DNA of 64,000 nucleotides from NCBI GenBank assembly GCA_002694035.1, contig NZKY01000028.1, positions 659 through 64,658 on the forward strand, read 5' to 3'. The stretch's first letter is position 1. Each line of letters starts with the position of its first letter. The position numbers were made by a program, and so were the translations under genes. The notes below the pieces were generated by a model, which worked only from the letters and a program-made list of their open reading frames with translations, did not search any database and was not told the DNA's origin. This document shows positions 8,393 through 18,063 of the stretch, in pieces. The stretch comes from Opitutia bacterium. Its GTDB lineage: Bacteria; Verrucomicrobiota; Verrucomicrobiia; Opitutales; Seribacteraceae.

Positions 8393-11314
8393 ATGAACGC
8401 CCTCATTAACAGACTTCTTCGCATAGGCATATTGATTTTTTCTATGTATGAAGTTTGTTCATTGCAGGCAGATATTGGATTTTGGAAAGCTGAAATTAAA
8501 CCATTATTGGAACAAAACTGCTGGAAATGTCACGGAGCGGACAAGGTGCGTGCAGAGTTAGTTCTTACGACCCGGGAAGGGGTACTTAAGGGGGGAGAAG
8601 TTGGTCCGGCGGTTAATTTAGAAGATCCGACAGCCAGCCTTTTGCTTCAGATGGTTTCGTACAAAGATGATGATCATCAGATGCCCCCGATCGGAAAATT
8701 ACCTCAGGAAAAAATTGATACATTGGCCAAATGGATCGAAATTGGTCTACCTTTTCCAAAAGAAGATGAGATTGAGCCTAAAGATGATCATAGCCATGCA
8801 AGTACCACGAAGGTCAATGAAGTAACAAAATCACATTGGGCATTCAAACCGCCTGTGGATCATGATGTTCCCAACGGTACACATGGTGAGCATCCGATTG
8901 ATCGCTTTATTCGCCAAAAACTGGACAAAGAAAATCTACCGCTAAACCCCCTTGCTACAGACTATGAAATCCTGCGTCGGGCTAGTTATGACCTTGTTGG
9001 CTTGCCTCCCCCTGTTGAATTAGTCGAGGAATACTTGAACGACAACTCTCCCAATAAATTTGATAAACTTGTAGAATCGTTATTAGCGTCCCCGCACTAC
9101 GGAGAGAAGTGGGGTAGGCATTGGCTTGATTTGGTCAGGTATGCGGAGACCAATGGTTATGAACGGGACGGTGATAAACCACAGGCGTGGAGATACCGGG
9201 ATTATGTGATTAAATCTTTTAATGAGAACAAGCCCTACGATCTTTTTGTTACCGAACAACTAGCCGGCGATGAAATCCTTAATGCAAGTGCGGATGCAAT
9301 CACTGCTACCGGATTTCACAGGCTTGGAATTTGGGATGATGAACCGGCCGACCGAGTACTCGCCCGCTACGATTATTTGGATGATATTGTTCGTACCACG
9401 ACGGAGGTCTTTCTTGGCATGACCGTGGGGTGTGCCCGATGTCACGACCATAAAATCGATCCCATCCCGACTAAAGACTACTATTCCATGCTGGCTTTTT
9501 TCGCCAATATCACTCCTCACGGGAAGGGCGACTCCAATCTTATTGAAGTGAAGGATTCTATAGGAAACATCACTTATCAAAAAGAAATTGCTACCTGGAC
9601 TGGGAGAAAGAACGAACTACAGAGAAACATTGTAGACTTTGAAAATACATTTCTAGCGAATTACGAGAAAGATAAATCCATTACTAAGACCAATAAAGTC
9701 AGGGCAAAACCTGTCATTATACTCCAAGATGCCAGAAATAAGGGAAGCCAATGGAGATATCTGGAAAGAAAACCAAGCTTAGACTGGATTGAGGTTGGAT
9801 ATAATGATCAGGATTGGAAAAGTGGTTATGGCGGTTTCGGTACCAAGGGAACCCCAGGCTCTCATGTCCGAACGGTTTGGAAGGGTAAAGATCTTTGGTT
9901 AAGAACTACATTTCGACTGGCAGCAATACCCAAAACCTTACGCATGACTCTCCATCACGATGAAGATGTGGAGGTTTATCTAAACGGAAAGCTTGTCTTA
10001 CAGAAAGCGGGACATGTATCCAAATACCAGACTCATGATATCACCCGCGAAAGTGCCGATGTGCTTCAAACGGGTAAAAATGTCATTGCCGTAAGTTGTC
10101 GTCAAACAGCAGGCGGACAGTACATTGATTTAGGGCTCGAATGCTTTGAGGAAGCAGTTGATTTGGCGGGTTTGATACGCAAATACGCAAATCAGGGCAT
10201 GGGAGAAGGGCCTTACAAAAATTACAAGAACAGAGTGCGTGATCTCGAACGGCATTTTAATCAGAAACCAAAATCCGACTATTATAAAGTTCTGGCAGTA
10301 GATGAGCGTGGCCAACAAATAACTAAAATTCTACGTCGAGGAAATCCAGTCCTCGAGGGTGAAGAAGTTTCACCAGCTTTTCCATCAATACTAAGCCCCC
10401 CTAATCCGAACATCGAAAAACTTGGTGATTCTTCCGGAAGAAGAACGGCATTGGCAAAGTGGATTACATCCAAAGATAACCCAATTACAGCCCGGGTGAT
10501 GATAAATCGAATCTGGCAGTATCACTTTGGACGTGGCATTGTGCGTTCCTCGAGTGATTTTGGATATCAGGGAGACTTGCCCACGCATCCAAAACTGCTT
10601 GATTGGCTAGCCATTAGGTTCATGAAGTCAGGTTGGGACATAAAAGCGATGCACAAGTTAATCATGACATCTGATGCATATCGTCGTTCATCCGCCCCCA
10701 ATGATGACTGCATCAACCAAGACCCACTTAACAATTTCTTTTGGCGCTTTGATATGCGTAGATTGGGTTCTGAAGAAGTTCGTGACTCCGTACTTGCCGC
10801 AAAAGGAACCATCAACCTAAAAATCGGTGGCCCAAGTGTGACGCCTCCTCTACCCGAGATTATTTTAGCAACAGCTTCGCAAAAAGGTAAAGGTTGGGGG
10901 CCTAGCTCTCCTGAGCAAGCAAACCGTAGAAGCGTTTATGTAAAAGTGAAGAGGTCGATGCATATGCCTCTTCTTATCAACCATGACATGGCTGATACCG
11001 ATTCTACTTGTCCAGTGAGATTTACAACCACTGTACCAACACAAGCTCTTAATATGCTGAACGGCCAGTTTATGAATGACTCCGCCAAAGAATTCGCAGA
11101 AAGACTGCAAAAGGAAGCGGGTGAAGATATCCGCAAGCAAATCAAAAGGGCTTTGCAAATTGTATACTCCCGACCTGTTCAAGAAGTAGAAATAGATCAA
11201 TGTTTAGCCGCAGTAGATGATTTGATGACTAAACATAATTTAAAAGAGAAAGAAGCAATGACTCGCTTTTCGCTACTTGCCCTTAATTTAAATGAATTTT
11301 TATACCTAGATTGA
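8393..11314 (+). CDS. Planctomycete cytochrome c (PSCyt1) - DUF1549 - sugar-binding-like insert - DUF1553 (PSD1) protein
   Basis: CWKCHG heme motif, HWAFKPP, PHYGEKWGRHWLDLVRYAET, CARCHDHKIDPI, RVMINRIWQYHFGRG, PTQALNMLNG. Confidence 0.9.
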   Translation: MNALINRLLRIGILIFSMYEVCSLQADIGFWKAEIKPLLEQNCWKCHGADKVRAELVLTTREGVLKGGEVGPAVNLEDPTASLLLQMVSYKDDDHQMPPIGKLPQEKIDTLAKWIEIGLPFPKEDEIEPKDDHSHASTTKVNEVTKSHWAFKPPVDHDVPNGTHGEHPIDRFIRQKLDKENLPLNPLATDYEILRRASYDLVGLPPPVELVEEYLNDNSPNKFDKLVESLLASPHYGEKWGRHWLDLVRYAETNGYERDGDKPQAWRYRDYVIKSFNENKPYDLFVTEQLAGDEILNASADAITATGFHRLGIWDDEPADRVLARYDYLDDIVRTTTEVFLGMTVGCARCHDHKIDPIPTKDYYSMLAFFANITPHGKGDSNLIEVKDSIGNITYQKEIATWTGRKNELQRNIVDFENTFLANYEKDKSITKTNKVRAKPVIILQDARNKGSQWRYLERKPSLDWIEVGYNDQDWKSGYGGFGTKGTPGSHVRTVWKGKDLWLRTTFRLAAIPKTLRMTLHHDEDVEVYLNGKLVLQKAGHVSKYQTHDITRESADVLQTGKNVIAVSCRQTAGGQYIDLGLECFEEAVDLAGLIRKYANQGMGEGPYKNYKNRVRDLERHFNQKPKSDYYKVLAVDERGQQITKILRRGNPVLEGEEVSPAFPSILSPPNPNIEKLGDSSGRRTALAKWITSKDNPITARVMINRIWQYHFGRGIVRSSSDFGYQGDLPTHPKLLDWLAIRFMKSGWDIKAMHKLIMTSDAYRRSSAPNDDCINQDPLNNFFWRFDMRRLGSEEVRDSVLAAKGTINLKIGGPSVTPPLPEIILATASQKGKGWGPSSPEQANRRSVYVKVKRSMHMPLLINHDMADTDSTCPVRFTTTVPTQALNMLNGQFMNDSAKEFAERLQKEAGEDIRKQIKRALQIVYSRPVQEVEIDQCLAAVDDLMTKHNLKEKEAMTRFSLLALNLNEFLYLD

Positions 11315-12789
11315 TTATGAATATGGAAAGACCTACAAATACATTCTGCAACCGCACACACAGGAGAGAATTTATCAAGGATATTGGAGGAGGATTTGCC
11401 GCTCTTGGACTTACAGGAATGCTCGCACAAGACGGATTCTTTTCAAGCAAAGCGATGGCTAAAACGGCACCACAATTCATAAATCCACTTGCTCCAAAAA
11501 ATCCCCCTCTTCCCGGCAAAGCGAAATCGGTTATCTTTTTATTTATGTATGGCGGTCCAAGTCATGTGGATACCTTTGATTACAAACCGGAACTCTATCC
11601 ACTGGATGGTAAAACAATAAAAGTAAGAACTTTTGGCCGGGGTGGTAAAAGGAATGAAAGCCGAGTAGTGGGTCCAAAATGGAAATTCAAACCATATGGA
11701 GACTGTGGAAAATATGTATCCGACCTTTTCCCTCACATCGGTTCATGTGTGGACGATATTGCCTTCCTGCATTCCATGAAAGCAGAGTCTCCTATACACG
11801 GGTCTGCTATGTTGATGATGAATGCTGGCAACTTGCTTTCGGGACACCCCTCACTTGGCTCTTGGGTAAATTATGGTCTAGGCAGCGTTAATGAAAATTT
11901 ACCAGGTTATGTGGTCATGCTCGACAAAACTGGTGGCCCCATAAGTGGAGCAAAAAATTGGTCCAGTGGATATATGCCTGCAAGCTTTCAGGGTACAGTT
12001 TTGCGATCGCAAGGCTCTCCAATTTTAGACTTGGAAAATTCCCATGGTATACCTCGTTCACAACAACGAACCATGCTCGATCATCTTAGAACAATTAATG
12101 AAGGTCATCTGTCTGAACGGTATGATAATACAAATCTAACAGCCCGGGTTGCTTCATATGAACTTGCTTACAAAATGCAGGCATCCGCACCCGAAGCAGT
12201 GGATGTGGACAGTGAGCCAGAATATGTAAAGAACCTATACGGCATGGATGGTACAAATACCGAAGATTTCGGCCGAAAATGCTTACTTGCTCGCCGCTTG
12301 GTAGAGCGGGGTGTACGATTCATCCAAATTTATTCAGGAGGTCATCACAATGATAACAATTGGGATGCACATGGCGACTTAGTTAAGAACCACTCTTACC
12401 ATGCGGGTAATACTGACAAACCAATAGCTGGCCTTCTAAAGGATTTAAAACAGCGCGGTTTACTTGATGAAACACTAGTCGTATGGGGTGGAGAATTCGG
12501 TCGTCAACCAACTGCCGAATACAAAGAAGGGACTGGTCGAGACCATAACTCCTATGGATTTACCATGTGGATGGCGGGTGGAGGCATCAAGGGAGGTATC
12601 AGTGTCGGTGAGACGGATGAACTTGGTAGCCAGGCTGAAACAGATCGCTTTCATGTAAAGCGACTACATGCAACAATCCTGAATCAATTGGGATTGGATC
12701 CAAACAATCTAACCTACTTTCACGGAGGCCTTGATAAGAGCCTTGTCGGAGTTGAGGGTGCAGAACCAATTCATCAAGTTATCGCTTAG
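11311..12789 (+). CDS. DUF1501 domain protein with Tat signal
   Basis: HRREFIKDIGGGFAALGL twin-arginine signal; KSVIFLFMYGGPSHVDTFDYKP, LARRLVERGVRF, WGGEFGRQP, GRDHN. Overlaps the previous stop by 4 nt. Confidence 0.92.
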   Translation: MIMNMERPTNTFCNRTHRREFIKDIGGGFAALGLTGMLAQDGFFSSKAMAKTAPQFINPLAPKNPPLPGKAKSVIFLFMYGGPSHVDTFDYKPELYPLDGKTIKVRTFGRGGKRNESRVVGPKWKFKPYGDCGKYVSDLFPHIGSCVDDIAFLHSMKAESPIHGSAMLMMNAGNLLSGHPSLGSWVNYGLGSVNENLPGYVVMLDKTGGPISGAKNWSSGYMPASFQGTVLRSQGSPILDLENSHGIPRSQQRTMLDHLRTINEGHLSERYDNTNLTARVASYELAYKMQASAPEAVDVDSEPEYVKNLYGMDGTNTEDFGRKCLLARRLVERGVRFIQIYSGGHHNDNNWDAHGDLVKNHSYHAGNTDKPIAGLLKDLKQRGLLDETLVVWGGEFGRQPTAEYKEGTGRDHNSYGFTMWMAGGGIKGGISVGETDELGSQAETDRFHVKRLHATILNQLGLDPNNLTYFHGGLDKSLVGVEGAEPIHQVIA

Positions 12790-12864
12790 GTAAATAATCG
12801 CTAGCTTTCTTAGGAACACTAATCCCGCGTTGCACAAAGGGATTTAAGAAGTTAGTTGTAATTT

Positions 12865-13923
12865 GTGGTAATCTTTCATAAGCCATTGCTTTTGGATTTT
12901 CCCTTTGAAAAATGGGAATGGGATAATGTACCTAAATATCGAAGAGAACAAATAAGAAACTGGGTTTTCGAAAAAGGCTTTCTTGATTGGGATAAAATGT
13001 CCAACCTACCCAAGGGCTTAAAAAAAAACCTTTCTGAAAAAGTAGACTTATTACCAATGGAACCGGTTAAAGTACAAGGTTCAACGGACACGACGCAGAA
13101 AATACTCTGGAAATTACGTGACAATCAGTTTATTGAAAGTGTACTCATTCGTGCCACAGAAGGAACGAAAGGGATACGAGCATCAAGACTAACTCTCTGC
13201 GTATCCACACAAGTTGGTTGTGCACTGGGTTGTAAGTTTTGTGCCAGTGGGCTAGATGGGTTAAAAAGAAACCTCTCGACCGGAGAAATTGTCGGGCAAG
13301 TTTTGATGGCCAAGATTGAAGCAGAAAGAAGGATTGATAATTTGGTCTTCATGGGAATGGGAGAGCCACTGGCTAATCTACCTGCCCTACTCCCGGCACT
13401 GGACATTATTCTTTCGCCGCAAGGGCTGGGAATTGGAGCAAGACATATTACCCTGTCTACCAGTGGAATTGTGCCCAAAATATTGGAATTAGCCAATTAT
13501 CCAGCTCAGATAAGATTGGCAGTTTCTTTACACGGGGGAGACGATGAGACCCGCACCAAAATTATGCCGATTAATCAATATTATCCAATTGCGGAACTCC
13601 TTGAAGCTTGTGAGAAATTTATCGAGCGTAGAAAAAAAATGATCACGCTCGAATATATTTTAATCAAAGGCATTAATGATGATGTTAAGCAGGCAAGGCT
13701 TCTAGCAAAACATGCCCAAAGACTGAATGCCAAAGTAAATTTAATTCCCTACAATCGTGTTGACAGTTTGGACTGGGAAAGACCAGACAATGAAAAAATC
13801 AATGCTTTCTATAGAACTGTTGAAAAAGAAAAGGCTCCTCGGGTCACATTGCGTATGGAAAAAGGACACGATATTGACGCAGCTTGCGGACAGTTAAGAC
13901 TAAAAGAATCTAAATCGATTTAA
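12865..13923 (+). CDS. rlmN: Dual-specificity 23S rRNA m2A2503 / tRNA m2A37 radical SAM methyltransferase
   Basis: CVSTQVGCALGCKFC (CxxxCxxC), MGMGEP, and C-terminal DIDAACGQL. Confidence 0.95.
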   Translation: MVIFHKPLLLDFPFEKWEWDNVPKYRREQIRNWVFEKGFLDWDKMSNLPKGLKKNLSEKVDLLPMEPVKVQGSTDTTQKILWKLRDNQFIESVLIRATEGTKGIRASRLTLCVSTQVGCALGCKFCASGLDGLKRNLSTGEIVGQVLMAKIEAERRIDNLVFMGMGEPLANLPALLPALDIILSPQGLGIGARHITLSTSGIVPKILELANYPAQIRLAVSLHGGDDETRTKIMPINQYYPIAELLEACEKFIERRKKMITLEYILIKGINDDVKQARLLAKHAQRLNAKVNLIPYNRVDSLDWERPDNEKINAFYRTVEKEKAPRVTLRMEKGHDIDAACGQLRLKESKSI

Positions 13924-13934
13924 AAGATTACACC

Positions 13935-14576
13935 CTAGAGTCGTTTAAGTATAACATCCCGAAGAACACCAGTTGTGGCAAATGTTGTTATACCCAGAGG
14001 TACTGACATTTCAATTTCTCCAAAGCGCATTCCCACCTTTCTTCCTTCTACTTCAACATCGATTACCTGTTCATCATCTATCCAAACAAAAATTTCACCT
14101 GAAGTAACCTTAAGTCGGATATCATACCATCGGTTATCCTCAAATATGTAGGCATCTCCTGTCTCATTTTCAGATGCATCAAAATCATCTATACTGGATA
14201 TTCCGATTAGAGATCCACCCCAACCTCCCAAAATCAAAGTCGCATGAGTATCATTATAGGGAAAGGTAAGACCACAAAAAAAATCGCTACCCATTGCTCT
14301 CTTTGCTTTTAGACAAATTTCATAATCTTTGACAGGCAAAGGTGGTCCAACCCAGTGAAGTCCAGATAATTCGGCTCCCATCTCTAATACAAGGCTTCCA
14401 TTTTCATCTATGAAAATTTCGCCTTTACCCGCATAGTCTGTTTTTTTCCAATTTTCTAAACTATAACCATTGAACAACATTTCGTTACTTGAGATTTGTG
14501 GTTCCCGTAAATTTTTCTCAGGCATACACCCATAAAACAAAAAGGATAAAATCAAAAAGATCGTAAGATTTTTCAT
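13935..14576 (-). CDS. DUF1080 (3-keto-disaccharide hydrolase-like) lipoprotein
   Basis: LFNGYSLENW, GSDFFCGLTFP, LILGGWGGSLIGISSID. Start moved to ATG 14576 (MKNLTIFLILSFLFYGC lipobox), since the longer ORF overlaps the VOC gene. Confidence 0.8.
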   Translation of the reverse strand: MKNLTIFLILSFLFYGCMPEKNLREPQISSNEMLFNGYSLENWKKTDYAGKGEIFIDENGSLVLEMGAELSGLHWVGPPLPVKDYEICLKAKRAMGSDFFCGLTFPYNDTHATLILGGWGGSLIGISSIDDFDASENETGDAYIFEDNRWYDIRLKVTSGEIFVWIDDEQVIDVEVEGRKVGMRFGEIEMSVPLGITTFATTGVLRDVILKRL

Positions 14577-14598
14577 CGTTAGAAAAAAGCGAGGCAAA

Positions 14599-14991
14599 TC
14601 AGATTTTAGGTCGTTCAATGACTTCAATCTCATATCCATCAGGAGCATCCACAAACGCAAAAACAGAACCAGATGAACTTTCTGTGGGACCTTCACTAAA
14701 GGACTGTCCAATTGATTCAAGATGAATTTGAAAATCACTCATACTTTCCACCTGAAATGCAAGATGCATCAAGTCTTCCTGAACCTCCACAGCTCCAGAA
14801 CCAGGAAAATATGTTAATTCTATCTCCTCTTCGCTATTTGGAACAGAAAGAAAAACCAACTTTGATCCGCGTGGAGACTCATGACTTCTCGACACTTCCA
14901 AACCAAAGGTTTCTTTGTAGAAGTTGACCGATTTTTCCAAATCGCTAACCCTCATTCTAGTATGTAAGAACTTACAGACAACAGGGGACAT
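14599..14991 (-). CDS. gloA: VOC family protein, lactoylglutathione lyase-like
   Basis: FLHTRMRVSDLEKSVNFY, IELTY, HLAFQV, FVDAPDGYEIEVIE. Confidence 0.75.
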   Translation of the reverse strand: MSPVVCKFLHTRMRVSDLEKSVNFYKETFGLEVSRSHESPRGSKLVFLSVPNSEEEIELTYFPGSGAVEVQEDLMHLAFQVESMSDFQIHLESIGQSFSEGPTESSSGSVFAFVDAPDGYEIEVIERPKI

Positions 14992-15003
14992 AATGTAGAG
15001 ATT

Positions 15004-15459
15004 TCAAAAAGAAAATGTGACTTTTTCAACTCCAGCCTCAGAACAAGCATTCAGGACACTAATAGCTGATTGATGCTCAGCGATTCCAGAACTTTCAATT
15101 TGAACTTTAAGTTCTGCTTCCGCTTTTGTTTTAGCTCCAGAACTTATTAATTGATCACGCATTCCCTTTTGAACTTTTAAATTGGATACTAAATCAGGCA
15201 TTTCAAAGTCCAAACCATCTTCAATTTCAGAACCATTCAGATAAACTTCTCCTTGATCCCCAATTTTTACATTCAGCATATCCATTGGAGTAATGTCACT
15301 ACTTTGAGGTTTGCCTGGCAATTGAATAGATAACTCAGCCTCTGGTTGTTTCAGCATGGTAGTCACCATAAAATATATCAACAGAAGAAATGTAACATCG
15401 ATCATCGGAGTAAGATCGACATCATCTTCCTCATTTAAAATATTTTTTGCTGAATCCAT
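15004..15459 (-). CDS. exbD: Biopolymer transport protein ExbD/TolR
   Basis: DLTPMIDVTFLLLIYFMV single TM segment with conserved Asp; C-terminal NACSEAGVEKVTF. Confidence 0.9.
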   Translation of the reverse strand: MDSAKNILNEEDDVDLTPMIDVTFLLLIYFMVTTMLKQPEAELSIQLPGKPQSSDITPMDMLNVKIGDQGEVYLNGSEIEDGLDFEMPDLVSNLKVQKGMRDQLISSGAKTKAEAELKVQIESSGIAEHQSAISVLNACSEAGVEKVTFSF

Positions 15460-15462
15460 AAC

Positions 15463-15882
15463 TTAAGACGCACCTCCAGCAACTTGCCATGTTCCAAAAA
15501 TTATATCCGCTTGCCCAGCATTTCCGATTACTTTCATCACATCCTGAACAACAGCATGAGTAACCTTAGGATGAACTCTTAAGAAAACCTTCCACTCAGG
15601 GTTTCTTTTGACTGCTGTACCAATCGCTTCCATATCGATCTCCTGTTCACCCCAGTAAAACTTTTGGCCAACAGGAGTTTCGTCAATGCTAATGATTGTA
15701 CGAGGGGGAGGTTGTTCTTTCACATTTGAATTACCCGCAACAGGTAAAGCTGCCAATTCAATATACTGTTCTGACATCCTCTGAGCAACCACCATAAAAA
15801 AGACTATAAGTAGAAATACCACATCGATCATCGGAGTAAGATCAGGAGAGTCATTCGACTCAGGTGGTGTATATCTGCTCAT
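15463..15882 (-). CDS. exbD: Biopolymer transport protein ExbD/TolR (second copy)
   Basis: DLTPMIDVVFLLIVFFMV; VFLRVHPKVTHAVVQDVM. Confidence 0.9.
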   Translation of the reverse strand: MSRYTPPESNDSPDLTPMIDVVFLLIVFFMVVAQRMSEQYIELAALPVAGNSNVKEQPPPRTIISIDETPVGQKFYWGEQEIDMEAIGTAVKRNPEWKVFLRVHPKVTHAVVQDVMKVIGNAGQADIIFGTWQVAGGAS

Positions 15883-15917
15883 TTATGGAAGGATAAAAGG
15901 TAACTTAAATGAAACCT

Positions 15918-16760
15918 CTACTGAGCAGGAGGAGGCATAGGAGGAGCCTCGGGTGCAGGTGCGGGTATTCCCGGGGCAACATTTGGATCTTCCTCTTCGT
16001 AATATTGTTCTTCTTCACCTCCGCCAAAGCCACCCCTTGCTGCTCGTACAAGAGTAAATACCATTTCGCCAGCAACTCTGTTTACTTCAGCCACAATGGT
16101 GCCAAATTTTGTTTTGTAGATGAAATAAGAAATAAGTGTCGGAATTGCGACTACAAGACCTGCGGCAGTTGTCCATAGAGCACTACCAATATTACCGGCC
16201 ATCTTCTGACTCGATTCACCCCCCATACCAGAAGCCTGTAAGACTTGGAACGCTCCAATCATACCCGTAACTGTACCAAGAAGACCAACCATCGGGGCAA
16301 TGGAGCCAACGGTATTAAGCAAGTTGATCCAAGTAAATGGCTTAGCCAACTCGAGGCTGGAACTTTCCTCCAATCCTTTTTCGATAGACTCAATATCCAA
16401 CTCATCATCCTTTATACGGGCGAGTCCCCCTTTTAAGACTGAGGTTACCGGCAATTTGTACTGCTCACACAATGCCAACGCACCATCCACATTTAAATTT
16501 TGTAACTCTTGCATTATCGGCTGAATCACATCCTCTTTAACAAAAGCTTTTTTTCGAATAGCTATGCCGTTATATATTATAAGAGTAAATCCAGCTAGTA
16601 TTAAAATAATAAATGGGACAAGAAAGGGGCCAAGGTTATCCACTAAGGCACTTCCAAAACCTTTTTGTTGGGCATGTGCCAAGTTTGCAAAGAAACTAGG
16701 TGATAAACTAGCAAAGATTATTCCCAGTATTCTTATTGATCGGTTCAATCTTAATTTCAT
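15918..16760 (-). CDS. exbB: MotA/TolQ/ExbB proton channel protein
   Basis: LNTVGSIAPMVGLLGTVTGMIGAF and IGSALWTTAAGLVVAIP. Start set at ATG 16760 (signal-like ...ANLAHA|QQ). Confidence 0.92.
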   Translation of the reverse strand: MKLRLNRSIRILGIIFASLSPSFFANLAHAQQKGFGSALVDNLGPFLVPFIILILAGFTLIIYNGIAIRKKAFVKEDVIQPIMQELQNLNVDGALALCEQYKLPVTSVLKGGLARIKDDELDIESIEKGLEESSSLELAKPFTWINLLNTVGSIAPMVGLLGTVTGMIGAFQVLQASGMGGESSQKMAGNIGSALWTTAAGLVVAIPTLISYFIYKTKFGTIVAEVNRVAGEMVFTLVRAARGGFGGGEEEQYYEEEDPNVAPGIPAPAPEAPPMPPPAQ

Positions 16761-16827
16761 AATATTTGTTGATTTTATTTTTCTAGAATTACTTGCGTGA
16801 GCAGAAAGGGTCAAGAACAGGTTTTGA

Positions 16828-18063
16828 TTATGTTGTGGGTAGATTAGCTAATCTTTTTTCGCTCTCAGCGGCCCATTTCGTACCATCATAAAAAATTTTA
16901 ACTTGTTTGTAGACATTTTTCGCAGCCTCATTGAGTTCCAATTTTTCATAGGCATCGCCGGCCATCATGAGGGACTCGGGTAACCAATCAAGACCAACTC
17001 TAGCACTAACAATTCCCTCGGTAACTTCGAGAACGGATTGTCTGTAAAATTCGGCTGCTTTTACACTGTCACCAGCTTGTTCAAATTGTCTCGCATATTG
17101 AACGCGCAACAGAGCTCGAATTAATTTATATAAAGAATATTCATTGGTTTGCCGAGCAGGAGGACTTTGATCTATTTTCTTAACTGTTTGAATAGCCGTG
17201 CTAAAAATCTTTCTTGCAGCTTCACCGTAGCGTGCATCCTTGGCAGCTGCCCTAGAGTAAGTTTCATATAATTTGATGTAACAATACACAGGCCAAATCT
17301 CGACAATTTTTGCGTATGGACTGCCAATCGATTTGTTTACAATAGGGCCAAGCCGTGCATATTCAGATATAGCTTCGTTATAAAGTCCTTTAATTCTCAA
17401 AGAATCAGCTAATTTTAAATAAGAGGCATGATCAGCACTGTTATTTCGAATAGTTACTTTTTGAAGAAGGGCTCTGGCGATCTTTGCAGATTTTGAATTT
17501 GCCTGAATCATTTTACTAGCAAGACCCAAAGAAGCTTCAGAAAAGTCCCTGTATCCGAAGCTGTCTAGTTTATTTAAATTCAGGCGAGATAAAATATAAA
17601 AGGCTTCATCAAATTGCTCCATTTCAATGAGGGCATTGACATAGATTAAACAGTTATCATGTACGGCAAAATATTTCTGGGGAATTTCCAAATACAAAAG
17701 TGCTTTGTAAATCATGGGGCGTAACGACGGTAAAAATTTAACATCATACTGTTCATTTGAAAATGATTTCAAAATTTTGATAGAATCTTCAGGCCAATTA
17801 AAAACAAATCCCTTAATATTTTGTTTTTCCAGTCCACGCAGTTCTAACTGCATTCTACCAGCACCGTCCATCTGTGCATATATGATTCCCCTCTGGCCAT
17901 CAACCCCAAGCAAACTTCCTGGCTTTCCTGCGTTACCCACATAAATTTTTACTGGAAGTGGACCGGAATGAATTTTAAAATAATCCTTGTTTGTTTGTCC
18001 ATAAAGGGAGCAGGAAAAACTCAAAAATAGACCGAAAAACAAATTTATCGTGTAATACCTCAT
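16828..18063 (-). CDS. Secreted TPR-like helical repeat protein
   Basis: Signal peptide; helical repeats (ADSLRIKGLYNEAISEY, LMMAGDAYEKLELNEAAKNVYKQVKIFY). Confidence 0.7.
   Translation of the reverse strand: MRYYTINLFFGLFLSFSCSLYGQTNKDYFKIHSGPLPVKIYVGNAGKPGSLLGVDGQRGIIYAQMDGAGRMQLELRGLEKQNIKGFVFNWPEDSIKILKSFSNEQYDVKFLPSLRPMIYKALLYLEIPQKYFAVHDNCLIYVNALIEMEQFDEAFYILSRLNLNKLDSFGYRDFSEASLGLASKMIQANSKSAKIARALLQKVTIRNNSADHASYLKLADSLRIKGLYNEAISEYARLGPIVNKSIGSPYAKIVEIWPVYCYIKLYETYSRAAAKDARYGEAARKIFSTAIQTVKKIDQSPPARQTNEYSLYKLIRALLRVQYARQFEQAGDSVKAAEFYRQSVLEVTEGIVSARVGLDWLPESLMMAGDAYEKLELNEAAKNVYKQVKIFYDGTKWAAESEKRLANLPTT

Noticed and set aside
14577-14738. N-terminal extension of the DUF1080 ORF given in the track
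   Set aside because: Overlaps the VOC gene by 140 nt in another frame; a lipoprotein signal starts at ATG 14576.
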